From contig CAWGVG010000022.1 of NCBI GenBank assembly GCA_963825865.1, positions 32,001 to 96,000 on the forward strand: a stretch of DNA of 64,000 bases. The letters are read 5' to 3'. The stretch comes from an uncultured Nitrososphaeraceae archaeon. Lineage in GTDB: Archaea > Thermoproteota > Nitrososphaeria > Nitrososphaerales > Nitrososphaeraceae. Shown here piece by piece: positions 1 through 10,982 of this stretch (position 1 is its first letter; every line of letters begins with the position of its first letter). A model generated the notes under the pieces. It searched no databases. It saw only the letters and a program-made list of their open reading frames with translations, and was not told where the DNA came from. A program made the translations under genes and the position numbers.

Positions 1-110
1 ATCAGACACAACTTAACACAATTGCAAAGTCACTCACAAAATCAGGAATCTTAAAACCTAAAATTAATAATAATAATGGCAATTAGGAATGATTGCCCAA
101 CTTATGGATC

Positions 111-770
111 TTATCTTATCGATCTAACCGCAGGGCTATTTATCACTATATTTGTCTTGGCAATTGTTAGCTCACTGTTTTTTCGAGCAGCCATTATTTC
201 ATTAACAGATTTTAATTCCCTTGCAACAACAGTAGATGTAGAAGAATTAGAATTCCACTTTACAAAGTTTAGCTGAACTAGTGGAGTGTAATTTTTATCT
301 CCAGGCAATGCACTTGCAACTGGAAGCTGGAATCCAAGGGATCCTTCTCCTCTAACGCCATTTATGAATTCATAACCTTGTTGACGAGTTGATTCCAGAG
401 ACAACGCTAAAGCTGGGGCAAAATTTACTTTAAATCCTGGATTTTTGGTTATCGAAGCAGCAGTTTGATTATCAGATGCATCGGTTGCAATAAAAAATGC
501 AATTTTACCATTTACATATCCTCTTGCTAGAAATAAAGATATAGAGTTTGGTGTATTTTTAGTATTTATAGTATTGTTGGTGGTAATAGTAGACGACGAT
601 GAAGATATATTATTATTTTGGACTTGAGCAATACTATTTTGTTGTATCATAGAGGGCATGATTATTAGTATAGTGATTAATAGAAACGTTGCAGCTGTCG
701 TTACAATTGACAATGCTACTGACCCTTTATTCTTTTTCTCTTTCATCTTGAATATAAGAGAGTAGCACAA
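111..770 (-). CDS. Secreted/membrane-anchored thaumarchaeal protein (DUF7482-like)
   Basis: N-terminal TM segment, S/T/N-rich linker, then GYVNGK..FFIATDASD and YTPLVQLNFVKW motifs. Confidence 0.6.
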   Translation of the reverse strand: MCYSLIFKMKEKKNKGSVALSIVTTAATFLLITILIIMPSMIQQNSIAQVQNNNISSSSSTITTNNTINTKNTPNSISLFLARGYVNGKIAFFIATDASDNQTAASITKNPGFKVNFAPALALSLESTRQQGYEFINGVRGEGSLGFQLPVASALPGDKNYTPLVQLNFVKWNSNSSTSTVVARELKSVNEIMAARKNSELTIAKTNIVINSPAVRSIR

Positions 771-1059
771 ATTTATAAATAATTAATGAGAATAAATACA
801 ACTCTACAAGTTTAACTCGTTATAGATTTGCATCGTACTTCATAGGTTATTTCCAAACTGTTTCTGACATTTGGCCTAGGATTACGTGTTAAAGTAGTAC
901 AATCTATTATCATTTCATTTGCCATCTTGGTTATTGTAGGGTATTCAGCTATTGATAGTCCAACAAGAAGAGTAAATTGTGTTATAGCTAGCTACTTTTC
1001 TCAAAAGGATTGCTCAAACTTTGATTGCTTATATTCTATTATGTACAACCGATTAATAT

Positions 1060-1567
1060 ATGAACAACAAGATATTGGTTTCAATAGCAATGCCTAATGA
1101 AAAGGATTTAGAAGTTATGAATGAATCTGTAAAAACATTGGGATCGTTCGGAGTGTCATATGAGGTAATGGTAATCTCTGCTCATCGAATCCCCGGAACA
1201 AATGATTGAATACGCCAAGAATGCAAAAGATAGAGGTATTGAAGTTATTATAGCGGCAGCAAGCGGTGCTGCACATTTACCTGGGATGATTGCTGCATTT
1301 ACAACATTACCTGTAATTGCTGTACCTTTAAGGTCGTCTCTTCTTGATGGATTGGATTCGGTTCTTTCTATACTACAGATGCCAAATGGGGTTCCTGTTG
1401 CTACAGTGTCAGTTAATGGCGCTAGGAATGCAGCGATCCTCGCTTGTCAAATCATAAGTTTGCACAATGAAAACATTAGACATCAATTTGATAAGTTAAA
1501 AACGAGTTTGGCCATAGAAGTCCAAGAACAAGCAGAGAAGGTTAAATCAAAATCGTCAATTGTATAA
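1060..1567 (+). CDS. purE: PurE-family protein (N5-CAIR mutase-like), divergent; one frameshift near 1190-1200
   Basis: N-part from ATG 1060 reads [20 protein letters not shown]...VISAHRIP and joins ORF 1202-1567 with [32 protein letters not shown]. Confidence 0.85.
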
Positions 1568-1793
1568 TACAATATTGTTTGGTGCATTAGATCCCAAGTC
1601 GCAGTAACATTTCTTTGGATTTTTTTTGATATACTCACCCTACACTAATCGAGGAAATCATCCCTTTTGAGATTTTGTAATTAACTTCATATATCCGAGC
1701 AATCTGTTTTATGATATATGCAATTTTTCATTTTTTATATAGATTAAACTTAAAAAGTTTAGTCAAACATATACTTTAGGAAATGAATATCAA

Positions 1794-2573
1794 ATGATTC
1801 CAGATGACGGCAAACCGATCTTATGGAAAGAGCTGAGTTGGAAGGATGTAGACAAATTTACAAAGACCATGAAGATGGCTATTATTCCAACAGCAGCATG
1901 TGAACAGCATGGTCCACATTTACCATTAGCGGTTGATACAATTGATTGTTATGAGGTGGCAAAGAGAGTTTCTGCAAAAACTGGAGTTCCAGTAGTCCCC
2001 GCCATTGTTGTATGGTTGCTCTCAGAGTCATGGTGCCTTTCAGGAACATTGTCAATCAGGCCCGAAACTATGATCATGACAATCTGTGAAATTGCAGAAT
2101 GGCTTTACAGGAGCAAGATTCGAAAATGATATGGCCGGTCCAATATATTAGCTAGGGAGAACCTGCGTTACGATTTTCCAGACCTTCAAGTAAGAATACG
2201 AAACTGGTGGGCAGCAAACAATGTCTAAACTTGTGGAAAATTGTCCCGTTTTTCCTTCATACATACATGCAACATTGCTGAAACAAGATGCGTATTAGCA
2301 ACAAGACCGGATTTAATAGACATGAAACAAGCAGTTGATGAGGACGACTATGAAACATTCTTTGAATACAGAATGGATCAATATTCAAAATCTGGGGTAG
2401 TAGGCAGAGGTGCAACTAAAGCAACGTCTGAACTGGGAGAAAAACTCTTGGGCATGGTCGTAAAAGAGCTCGTTTCTATTATCCAAAAAGCTCTTAACGA
2501 GGTAAAACCAAAACAGCGGCACCGCAACAACAATAGCAAGAGCAGTAACGTCACAAAAAAAAGTGAGCAATGA
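1794..2573 (+). CDS. Creatininase-family amidohydrolase, several frameshifts, possibly degraded
   Basis: EQHGPHLPLAVD metal motif, frameshifted GCSQSHGAF.GT, HA(N)IAET, SGVVG..ATKATSELGEK; the NGHxxN segment is not found near 2125-2140. Confidence 0.8.
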
Positions 2574-2576
2574 AAG

Positions 2577-2780
2577 ATGTCAGAAAAGACGCGGGCTTAT
2601 ATAATAACTAACATAGGCGCATTGGTAGCCATGATTGTTGTAGTAATCAATATGTTTACTTTTAGAGAAATGTGGATATTATTTACTACAGTAGCAGTTA
2701 TGATTGTCTTAGTGGCATATGCAGTACAAGAGAAACGTAAACTTAAAAGGAAACAAACACAAAACCTAGGGTCGCCATAG
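2577..2780 (+). CDS. Small two-TM membrane protein
   Basis: 67 aa, two hydrophobic segments, basic tail, starts 3 nt after the previous stop. Confidence 0.6.
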   Translation: MSEKTRAYIITNIGALVAMIVVVINMFTFREMWILFTTVAVMIVLVAYAVQEKRKLKRKQTQNLGSP

Positions 2781-3122
2781 CGATAGAATTAAAATCAAGG
2801 CCCTAGCAAAATTGTTGTTGCTGCTAAGATCAAATGAGAAAGCGATATTTGATTAAAAACGGAATGGAGATAATGAAAGAAGTGAGAACAGCAAGATAAA
2901 TTCTAGGAATCACTAACAGATTAAAAATAAAAATTATTTATCATTTTTTCATTTTCATTTAATTTTTAACACAATTTTTTTATGTAAACAATCTCTTTCT
3001 AACATATCATAAAAAATAAAAATTTACATATATCATTATTAATTAGTTTTAGAATTTATATTAATTTACTCAAATTTTATGACATTTATTTATATCTAAG
3101 TTTAGTATGTTGAAATTATACT

Positions 3123-4712
3123 ATGGTCGAAGTAAAAGAAGAATATGCTGAGAAACCTGTTCCACAAAATGCAAGGTTGGGATTTTTAAAACCCGCTATG
3201 GTATGGGCAGGCTTTGCTCACGCATACATTTGCATCTTTATTGGAAGTCAAATAATGGGTGGTTTAGGTGCACCGATAGGATATGCCGCTATTATATCTG
3301 GACAAATATTTTTGTTCGTATATTCCGGCTTAATCGCACACAGAGGTGCTAAATTAGGATTAAATTTCTCAATGATGTGTAAAGCAGCGTTTGGAAAATA
3401 CGGATATATCGTTCCTGTGCTTTTGATATCAGGATTGGTTGCTGGCTGGTTCATCTTCCAAGGATGGTTGGCTGGAGATCTGACCGTGGGTCTTTATGGC
3501 GGCAAGTCTTTTAACGCAGGAGTAGGAAATGGCGTTCTTCCAGGCATTTTAGGTACTACAAGTTTTTGGGCTGGCATATGGTGCGTAGCATTCGGATTTT
3601 TAGCAGTCTCCGGTATGAGGGCCATGGCGTGGTTTGGTAAATTTGCCGTCTTCACGGTAGCGGCTTTAGAAGTATGGATGATATATTCAATATTGACAGT
3701 CGTCGCCTCACACACAGGGGGAAATCCGTTAGTTTCACCAATAGTAGGTAAACCTTGGACATTTGCACTTGGTTTTACGGCATCAGTTGGAACATTTATC
3801 GTTAGCAGTACTATGACAGGTGACTTTGTCAGGTGGACAAAAAATGCAAAGCAAGCATGGGCAGTGACAGGAATTGCTTTTCCAGTCTGCAATTTGGTAA
3901 CGTTAATGATAGGTGCAATCTATACAGCAGTAGCAGGAAAACTTGACTTTTTCTTTGGGTTAAGTGCAGTAGCTCTTGGATTACCAATCATGATTATGCA
4001 GTTGGCAAGCAATGGTTCAGTTTGCGATGGATGTTTGTACAATGCTGGTCAAGGATTCAAGAACATAACATATTACATCTCAAAGGGAAGAATCAATTAC
4101 TCATGGAAGAAGGTAACAATGATTGTGATGTTTGCAGGCGCTGCTATTGCTGTATCAAACTTGATTACCAATATAGTTCCATGGTTACTAACTATAGGAA
4201 CCCTAGTGCCCCTAGTAGGTGGGGTTTTGATAGGTCATTTTTGGATTGTTGCACGAAAGAACACTCTAGACGAACATCTCGTTGCGGCTGATAGAAAAGT
4301 AAATACTCCAGCACTAATTGGCTTGGGAGTTGGACTAGTAATAGCAGTAGTAATTCAATTCACTGCTCCAGACCTGCCAGCTGTTATTGGTGGATTGATA
4401 GGAGGTATTGGAGTATATCCAATTGTCGCAAAAACTACTGGCTACTTCATGAATGGAAGGCTTACTGCAAAAGGACTTGGAGGCAGCATTAGTTATGGGA
4501 CTGCTGGAGCCATGGATAATACAGATACACCAACTTCGCCAGATGCCGGAGCACCTAGTGCACAGACAAAGGACACCTATAATAAAAACACCAGTAGTAG
4601 TGGAAATAGCTTAGGGAGTGGGGGTACTGATCAGATAAGCGCAAAAATAGACAAACTGGTCGGGTTTTTGGCACCATGGTTCGGTTCATCATCGCGTACA
4701 GGAGGATCATAA
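3123..4712 (+). CDS. NCS1-family (cytosine/purine/allantoin-type) permease
   Basis: 529 aa, about 12 TM segments, EYAEKPVP..R start, GLNFSMMCKAAFGKYG, GDFVRW; low-complexity C-tail. Confidence 0.85.
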   Translation: MVEVKEEYAEKPVPQNARLGFLKPAMVWAGFAHAYICIFIGSQIMGGLGAPIGYAAIISGQIFLFVYSGLIAHRGAKLGLNFSMMCKAAFGKYGYIVPVLLISGLVAGWFIFQGWLAGDLTVGLYGGKSFNAGVGNGVLPGILGTTSFWAGIWCVAFGFLAVSGMRAMAWFGKFAVFTVAALEVWMIYSILTVVASHTGGNPLVSPIVGKPWTFALGFTASVGTFIVSSTMTGDFVRWTKNAKQAWAVTGIAFPVCNLVTLMIGAIYTAVAGKLDFFFGLSAVALGLPIMIMQLASNGSVCDGCLYNAGQGFKNITYYISKGRINYSWKKVTMIVMFAGAAIAVSNLITNIVPWLLTIGTLVPLVGGVLIGHFWIVARKNTLDEHLVAADRKVNTPALIGLGVGLVIAVVIQFTAPDLPAVIGGLIGGIGVYPIVAKTTGYFMNGRLTAKGLGGSISYGTAGAMDNTDTPTSPDAGAPSAQTKDTYNKNTSSSGNSLGSGGTDQISAKIDKLVGFLAPWFGSSSRTGGS

Positions 4713-4716
4713 AGAA

Positions 4717-5606
4717 ATGAATCGCAAAAAAAATCTTCCACAGTCCGCAATACCAAATAAAGACTTTGTTTCGGCAGCAAGGGACGAAGTACTCGATAGA
4801 GTTGAAAAAGACTATGAAGAATTCAAAAAAACACACACTTTCGAGTTTCCAACTTGGCTACATGGTCCTCCAAAAGGTAAACTGTTCAAAGTAGAAGTAG
4901 AAGATTGTCCACGCTTTGGTGATAAGGCTTTTGTTGAATTTGACTCAGCTAGGACAGCATTTTTGAGCATTGATATGCAAGTGGATTTTTGCGGTCCAAA
5001 AGGATATGTTGACGTTATGGGATATGATCTTGGATTAACTTCAGCTCCTATAAAGCCAATCATGCATGTTTTAGACACAATAAGAAATGAAACTGACATT
5101 AAAGTAATACACACTAGGGAAGGACACTTGCCAGATCTTTCGGATGCACCATACAACAAAGTCCTTCGAAGCAAAATCATTGGAGACGGTGTAGGAATTG
5201 GCAATATTCCGACAAGGCGGACTAGGACGATTGCTAGTAAGAGGAGAAAAGAATTGGGACATAATTGATGAATCTGTATCCAATTCCTGGAGAATACGTA
5301 GTAGATAAAGCAGGAAAGGGAGGATTTGGCCAGAGCAATTTACCATTGATTTTGAAGAATCTGGGAATAACTCACCTAGTTATTACTGGAATTACTACCG
5401 ATGTGTGTGTACATACTATAATGAGAGAAGCAAATGATCATGGCTATTGGTGTACTCTACTAAAAGACGGTACTGGCGCCACAGATTATGGCAACTACCA
5501 AGCTGCAATAAAGCAAATCAAAATGCAAGGAGGAGTATTTGGTTGGGTATCTGACTCGAATAAGTTCGTTAATGCAGTCAAATCTGCTTTTAAAGGTGCC
5601 GACTAA
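4717..5606 (+). CDS. biuH: Isochorismatase-family cysteine hydrolase with biuret hydrolase signature; two frameshifts (~5214, ~5272)
   Basis: IDMQVDFC, GYVDVMGYD, HTREGHLPDLSD, (frameshifted) GRLLVRGEKNWDII, DKAGKG, GITTDVCVHT, GATD, KMQGGVFG. Confidence 0.8.
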
Positions 5607-7029
5607 TGAGTAGCCTAATTACACTAACAAGCATCAAGACAATGTCTGATAGAATAAGGCACGGAGATTTGTCTCCATCGGAGCTAGTTGAAGCCTGCTT
5701 AGAAAGAATCAAGAAATTTGACTCATCTCTAGATTCTTTCATTACTATTCTTGAAGAACGTGCGCGTCAAGATGCAAAAATAGCTGAAAAACAAATCAAG
5801 GAAGGACTCTGTATTGGTCCTTTGCATGGTATTCCATTTTCAATTAAGGATGTCATCTATGCAGAAGGAGTTAAATGTACTGCAGGTTCAAAAATAATGT
5901 CTGATTACGTTTCAAAAATTAACGCAACCTCTGTTGCAAAAATGAAAAAGGCAGGTGCAATTCTAATTGGCACTAATAATACCCATGAATTTGCTTGTGG
6001 GATAACTAACGTAAATCCGCACTATGGTTCTTCTAAAAATCCCTGGAACATATCAAAAATATCTGGAGGTTCAAGTGGAGGTTCAGCTGTTTCAGTAGCA
6101 GCAGGCATGGTACCTGTATCCTTGGCTACTGACACAAGCGGTTCTATTAGAGTTCCATCTTCACTTTGTGGTGTTGTCGGTCTAAAGCCAACATATGGTA
6201 GAGTCAGCAAATATGGGATTGTTGATTTGGCACCTTCGCTAGATTCATGTTGGGTGTATAACAAGAAGTGCATGGGATGCAGCTGCAGTATTGCATATTA
6301 TTGCTGGTCAGGATCCCCTTGATCCAACTACTGAAGATAAAAAAGTACCTGATTACGTTAAAGTTATCGAAGATGAATCTACCCCCATGAAGAAAATATC
6401 TGTTGGAATACCCAAAGAGGTACTTTTTCGATTATTTGTGGCTAGAAGTAGAAGAGGTGTTCCTTGATTTCGTTGATACTATAAGATCCATGGACATTTC
6501 TGTTTCTGATGTACACATTAGTGGAGCCGACAAAATCTATGAATCGTGGAGACCACTAAGACTTGGGGAATCAGCAGAGATTCACTTGAAATGGTTGCAG
6601 ACAAGATCAAAAGACTATGGTGAAGATGTACGAAGAATGTTGATACAAGGAACTGAAGTATCTGCAGTTGATTACATACGAGCTCACAAATATAGAAAGG
6701 AACTAAGAAATGAATTTGTGAAAGTATTAAAGAAGGTTGATGTGCTTATTATGCCAACTATTCCTCTCACTGCTCCGGGGTTTGACGAGCAAACAGTGGC
6801 TATTGGTAGCAGAACATTACAAATCTATCAAGCCTTAAGTAGAAATACTATTGCATTTGATAATACGGGACTACCTGCGGTTAACATTCCAGTTGGATTT
6901 GGGAAGGACAATATGCCAGTTGGAGCACAAATAATAGGGCCGCCATTTGAAGAAGAAAATATTCTGTCTCTAGCATATGCATACGAACATGCAAATGACA
7001 GTCTTATGAAATTCATGCCACCACTTTAA
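5606..7029 (+). CDS. Amidase-signature enzyme (GatA/AtzE/AtzF superfamily); frameshifts ~6245 and ~6400
   Basis: GPLHGIPFSIKD, GGSSGGSA, TDTSGSIRVPSSLCGVVGLKPTYG, C-terminal GLPAVNIPVG; start overlaps the biuH stop (TAATG). Confidence 0.88.
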
Positions 7030-7326
7030 CCTAAAGCATTTCAACTCAAATAAGAAATATCATTATTTTCGATCTGGCTTTAGGTAGAATATAAACTAGC
7101 TGGATAGGAAGCATCTTTTCTTTCCATTATTTTTGGTTCCACTTTTAATTTTATATGATAATATACTACAAATCCCGTAAATTACTGCTGTTTTAAACGA
7201 TTCATATAATTTTATTAATAACTTAAAGTTTCTCTACTTTTCATAGATAATAATAACAAATATTGTTATTATAGATTCGTTTATATGTATTCTAGGAGAT
7301 ATGCGTCATGTTAGAGATATTTCCAG

Positions 7327-8206
7327 TTGAAGATAGCCCGAATTCTGCAATATGGACAAGAGACTTTTGCGATTGTCAATGAAAATGGAAAGGCGATCAC
7401 GAGGAACGAAATAATCGATGAGACAGACTTGAATTTACCGTCTGATATAGAAGAGTTTATTTTCTCAGAATATGTCCACCAGGTAAAGGATCTTCATTTA
7501 AGCAGACAGTCCTTTATCCATGAGGTAAATGAGTTCCGTCTTCTACCACCTATAAGGAAATCTTTCAAAATAATATGTTTAGCATTCAACTACACTGATC
7601 AAGGAACATGGGTGCGATTCGGTAAGGATCCTCCTAAAGAACCTGTCATTTATTTAAAACCGAGGACGACTCTAATCGGTCCAACAGATGATATAATATG
7701 CCAAAATTTTGTACAGGAACTGGATTATGAGGGGGAGTTGGCACTTGCAATAGGTAAAAAATGTAGTAAAGTAGATGAAGATGATGCCCTCAACTATGTT
7801 GCCGGGTATTTTGTATTAAATGATGTTTCTGCTCGTGATGTGCAATTCATTGACAAGCAATATAGTAGAGCAAAGGGCTTTGATACATTTGGGCCATGTG
7901 GACCATGGCTAACAACTACTGATGAGATCTCTGATCCTTGTAATCTTCATATAACAACGAAGGTGAATGGTGAAACTAGACAAGATTCATCCACAAAGAA
8001 TCTTGTCTTAAAGATAGAAAAAATCATATGGAGCTTAAGCAAGATAATGACACTTGAGTCTGGTGATATAATATCGACCTGGCACACCAAGTGGCACTGC
8101 ACTATCTATGTCATCAAATACAAAATATCTAAAACATAATGATATAGTAGAAGTTGAAATAGAAAAACTTGGAAAAATCACAAACAGAGTCGTATTTGTG
8201 AATTAG
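7327..8206 (+). CDS. Fumarylacetoacetate hydrolase family protein; frameshift ~8078
   Basis: KIICLAFNY, LDYEGEL, NDVSARD, AKGFDTFGPCGP; C-terminus continues in another frame to TAG 8206. Confidence 0.88.
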
Positions 8207-8248
8207 AATACTTATTTTATTATTTTACATCGTCTAACCTGTGTTTAC

Positions 8249-8375
8249 TCTACAAATAGTGTTGTAACTGCAAGAGAATTAAAATCCGTTGATGAAATAA
8301 TGGATGATCAAAAAGAACCATGAGATAGCAATTACAAAGACAAATATTCTCATAAATAGTCCTGCAGTTCGATAG
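8249..8375 (+). pseudogene. 3' relic paralogous to the C-terminus of CDS 111-770
   Basis: Translates STNSVVTARELKSVDEIM...IAITKTNILINSPAVR* versus STSTVVARELKSVNEIM...LTIAKTNIVINSPAVR. Confidence 0.8.
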
Positions 8376-8493
8376 GAAAACAGCTCTTACTTTTTTTATT
8401 GAATTTAATGTTTTTAATATTGTGCATTTATTTTTTACAAAATCATTTAATGGTATTGTACACCAAATCTTGTCTAACTAAAAATAGTGACAT

Positions 8494-9622
8494 CTACATT
8501 CTGATAGTTAGCGCATTATGTATAATTTGGAAGGTTGCTGGCAAGATTCCAATAGGCTCACCGTCGATCGTAACAGTTACGTCCCTTCTTTTTTTCTCTT
8601 CTTCTTTTGGCTTTATTAAAACCTTCTTAGCTTGTATATATAACACATCATCCTCCTTATCATAGGTACCTTTTTTTATGTTAATGAAGTCACTCATCAT
8701 CTCTAGACTATTGGAATCCTTCAGAATAACTATATCCAATAATCCATCAGAGACATCAGCGTTTGGTGCTGCTTTAAATCCACCACCTAGGAATTTACCA
8801 TTGGCAATTATACACATTGTTACCTTAGTAAGAATAATCTCTCTTCCATCATCGATTGAAATTTCACATATACTGCTCTCATAAGTGGATACTGTAGTAA
8901 TCAAACTTGAAACAGTAGAGACTAGTCGACTGTTAATCTTATTTCTTATTTTCTTTGATTTATCAATTATCTCTGCTGCTATGCCTATTTCAGCAGCATT
9001 GAGAAATATTCGTATTGGTAACGATAAGCGAGTTTCTGGATCGGTTGCTGCTGACGGAGATTACATCAATCTTCTTTTGTTTACCACACACAAATGTTTG
9101 ACAACATTCCTCAATTCCATCAGGCATATTTAAGGACTTGACAAGCACATTTCTTGTTCCTCTTGGTAACACTCCCATTATGGCATCAAGTGTTAATAGG
9201 TTTTATCATCATTGAATCAACGACAGCATGTGCATCAGCATTGTTGTTATTGTTGTTATTTTTATTTTCTATGTTTCCGACATATGATGATCTGAATAGG
9301 TATCTTTTCAACACAAAAGAAGCCATTTGCAACTTCATTTATCGTTCCATCTTCCTCCTATTGCTACAATTTTTTTGAATCCTTCCTTTAAGAATTTTCT
9401 TGTCAGGATTCTTCCATCTCCAGATTTTTTGGTAAACGCTACTTTAGGATTTTTACCAAATGTTTTTTTTATTTTATTAAAGAGATTTTCCCAGTCCTTA
9501 CCAGTCGAACCACTCGAGGATTTTGGATTTACTATCAATACGGTATCAGTAGTATCTTTTATATCAGCGGTTATGCCAGCCAAAGAATCCGTGCTTTGGT
9601 GAATGGAAGTGTGTGCTTTCAT
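8494..9622 (-). CDS. Diacylglycerol/lipid kinase family (YegS/BmrU-like), multiple frameshifts
   Basis: LIVNPKSSSG, IVAIGG, GVLPRGTRN, NGKFLGGGF..AP.A.VSDGLLD, IDGEP. Confidence 0.8.
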
Positions 9623-9894
9623 TTTTATTATCAAACGAGATATGTAATAATAACACTTACGTCACATTAACTATCTTTTATTATATTATTTTATAGTTTA
9701 TTGTTATATATATAGTGCATGTTGCCAATAAATGAAGTCAAAGGTAGGCAGCATTAGTGAAGAATTTAGAAACTATACTGGAATACATGAACATGACTTT
9801 AGAAAATAACAAAACAACAATACCAGAGCAAGAGAAATGTGCTACATATCGGATAGTATAGTATTATAGAATCTAATGATATTTTTATTCCTAT

Positions 9895-10240
9895 TGGTTC
9901 TATATTCCTTATTAAACATTGTAACTCATCATGACTACCTCTACCTTGATTCCAAATGGTTTCAGTTCATATGACATTGATTCGCTTAGACCACATGCAA
10001 ATTTGCTAATTATGTATGAATACAAAACAGGAAAACCTATGCGGCCTCCTACTATTGTACCTGATTTCCTCTTCCTCATGACAGGAAAAACTTGCGGTGT
10101 TACACGTATTACTCCAAAAAAGTTATCTCTTGTATTGATATATCCTCAAGAGATAAAAAACAAAAGTCCATATCCTGCGTTGTTTACCAATACATCGATC
10201 CTCTCTTTTTCTGCTATTATTTTGCCGATTGCATAGGATA
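9895..10240 (-). pseudogene. Degraded short-chain dehydrogenase fragment
   Basis: Minus strand encodes IDVLVNNAGYGL and KPFGIKV, with stops and deletions. Confidence 0.65.
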
Positions 10241-10580
10241 CGATGATGACCGATCAACCTATACAATGTCAATTCAATGTCACCGAGATAGCAGATCAGG
10301 CACAGTATGATGACATTAACCTACCGTGATTAGAGTTAAAGCAACCGGTGTAATTATTATTAGAGAGGACTGGTGTAGCATTATAATGCAAGTCTGCAAT
10401 CGTCTCCGCTGTTCATGGCAAATGGGAAGTCAAAGAAGTAACCGACCCCACATCCATCTACTAGTTCTTAGACTTCACTTGAAGGTGCTAATAGCTTCTT
10501 TTTCAAAAAATGAGTGTGGTAATACTATCTATCCGATCAATATCAAAGCATTATAAAAGGTTAAATTATGAAGAATATAC

Positions 10581-10636
10581 ATATGATAAATCATATCCAT
10601 ATAGTATTTCTAAACTGCACTTATGATAAATCATAT
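10581..10636. promoter_or_regulatory. Two copies of the palindrome (A/T)TATGAT-AA-ATCATAT, 40 bp apart; candidate operator pair
   Basis: atatgataaatcatat at 10581 and ttatgataaatcatat at 10621. Confidence 0.4.
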
Positions 10637-10982
10637 AATGTGCTGACATAAGTAAAAGAATAACTTCTGGTAACTTTGACATATGTGGAAAGAAAAAATT
10701 AGATCAAACATCCATATAATAGGTATGGTCGTGGGATTAGCTCTGGTTAGCAGTCTATTTGTAATTCCGCTGCATGAACACTGGTAGATTGTTCAGGACA
10801 CTACTTTTTTCACAAAATTGAAGATCATATTTCATGATATTTTGATAATATGAAATCGACAATAATAAATCAATCAACAAAAGGATGTGAGTTCTCATGT
10901 TTTCAGACTGTTGAATACTAATACTACAACAGCAACAATCTAATTTCTGTGGCCGCTCAAGAACAATTACTAAAGACAAAGT

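Noticed and set aside
2790-3120. Riboswitch (for example guanidine) upstream of the permease
   Set aside because: Extremely AT-rich; no GC stems or consensus motifs visible.
3248-4291. Overlapping antisense and alternative-frame ORFs (also 12500-12942, 25505-26521, 60006-60638)
   Set aside because: Shadows of well-supported genes.
5200-5280. Programmed frameshifting in biuH or other split genes
   Set aside because: No consistent slippery site, and indels occur throughout the window.
5606-7029. Calling the amidase gatA
   Set aside because: No gatB/gatC neighbours and it is coupled to biuH; the family signature alone cannot assign function.
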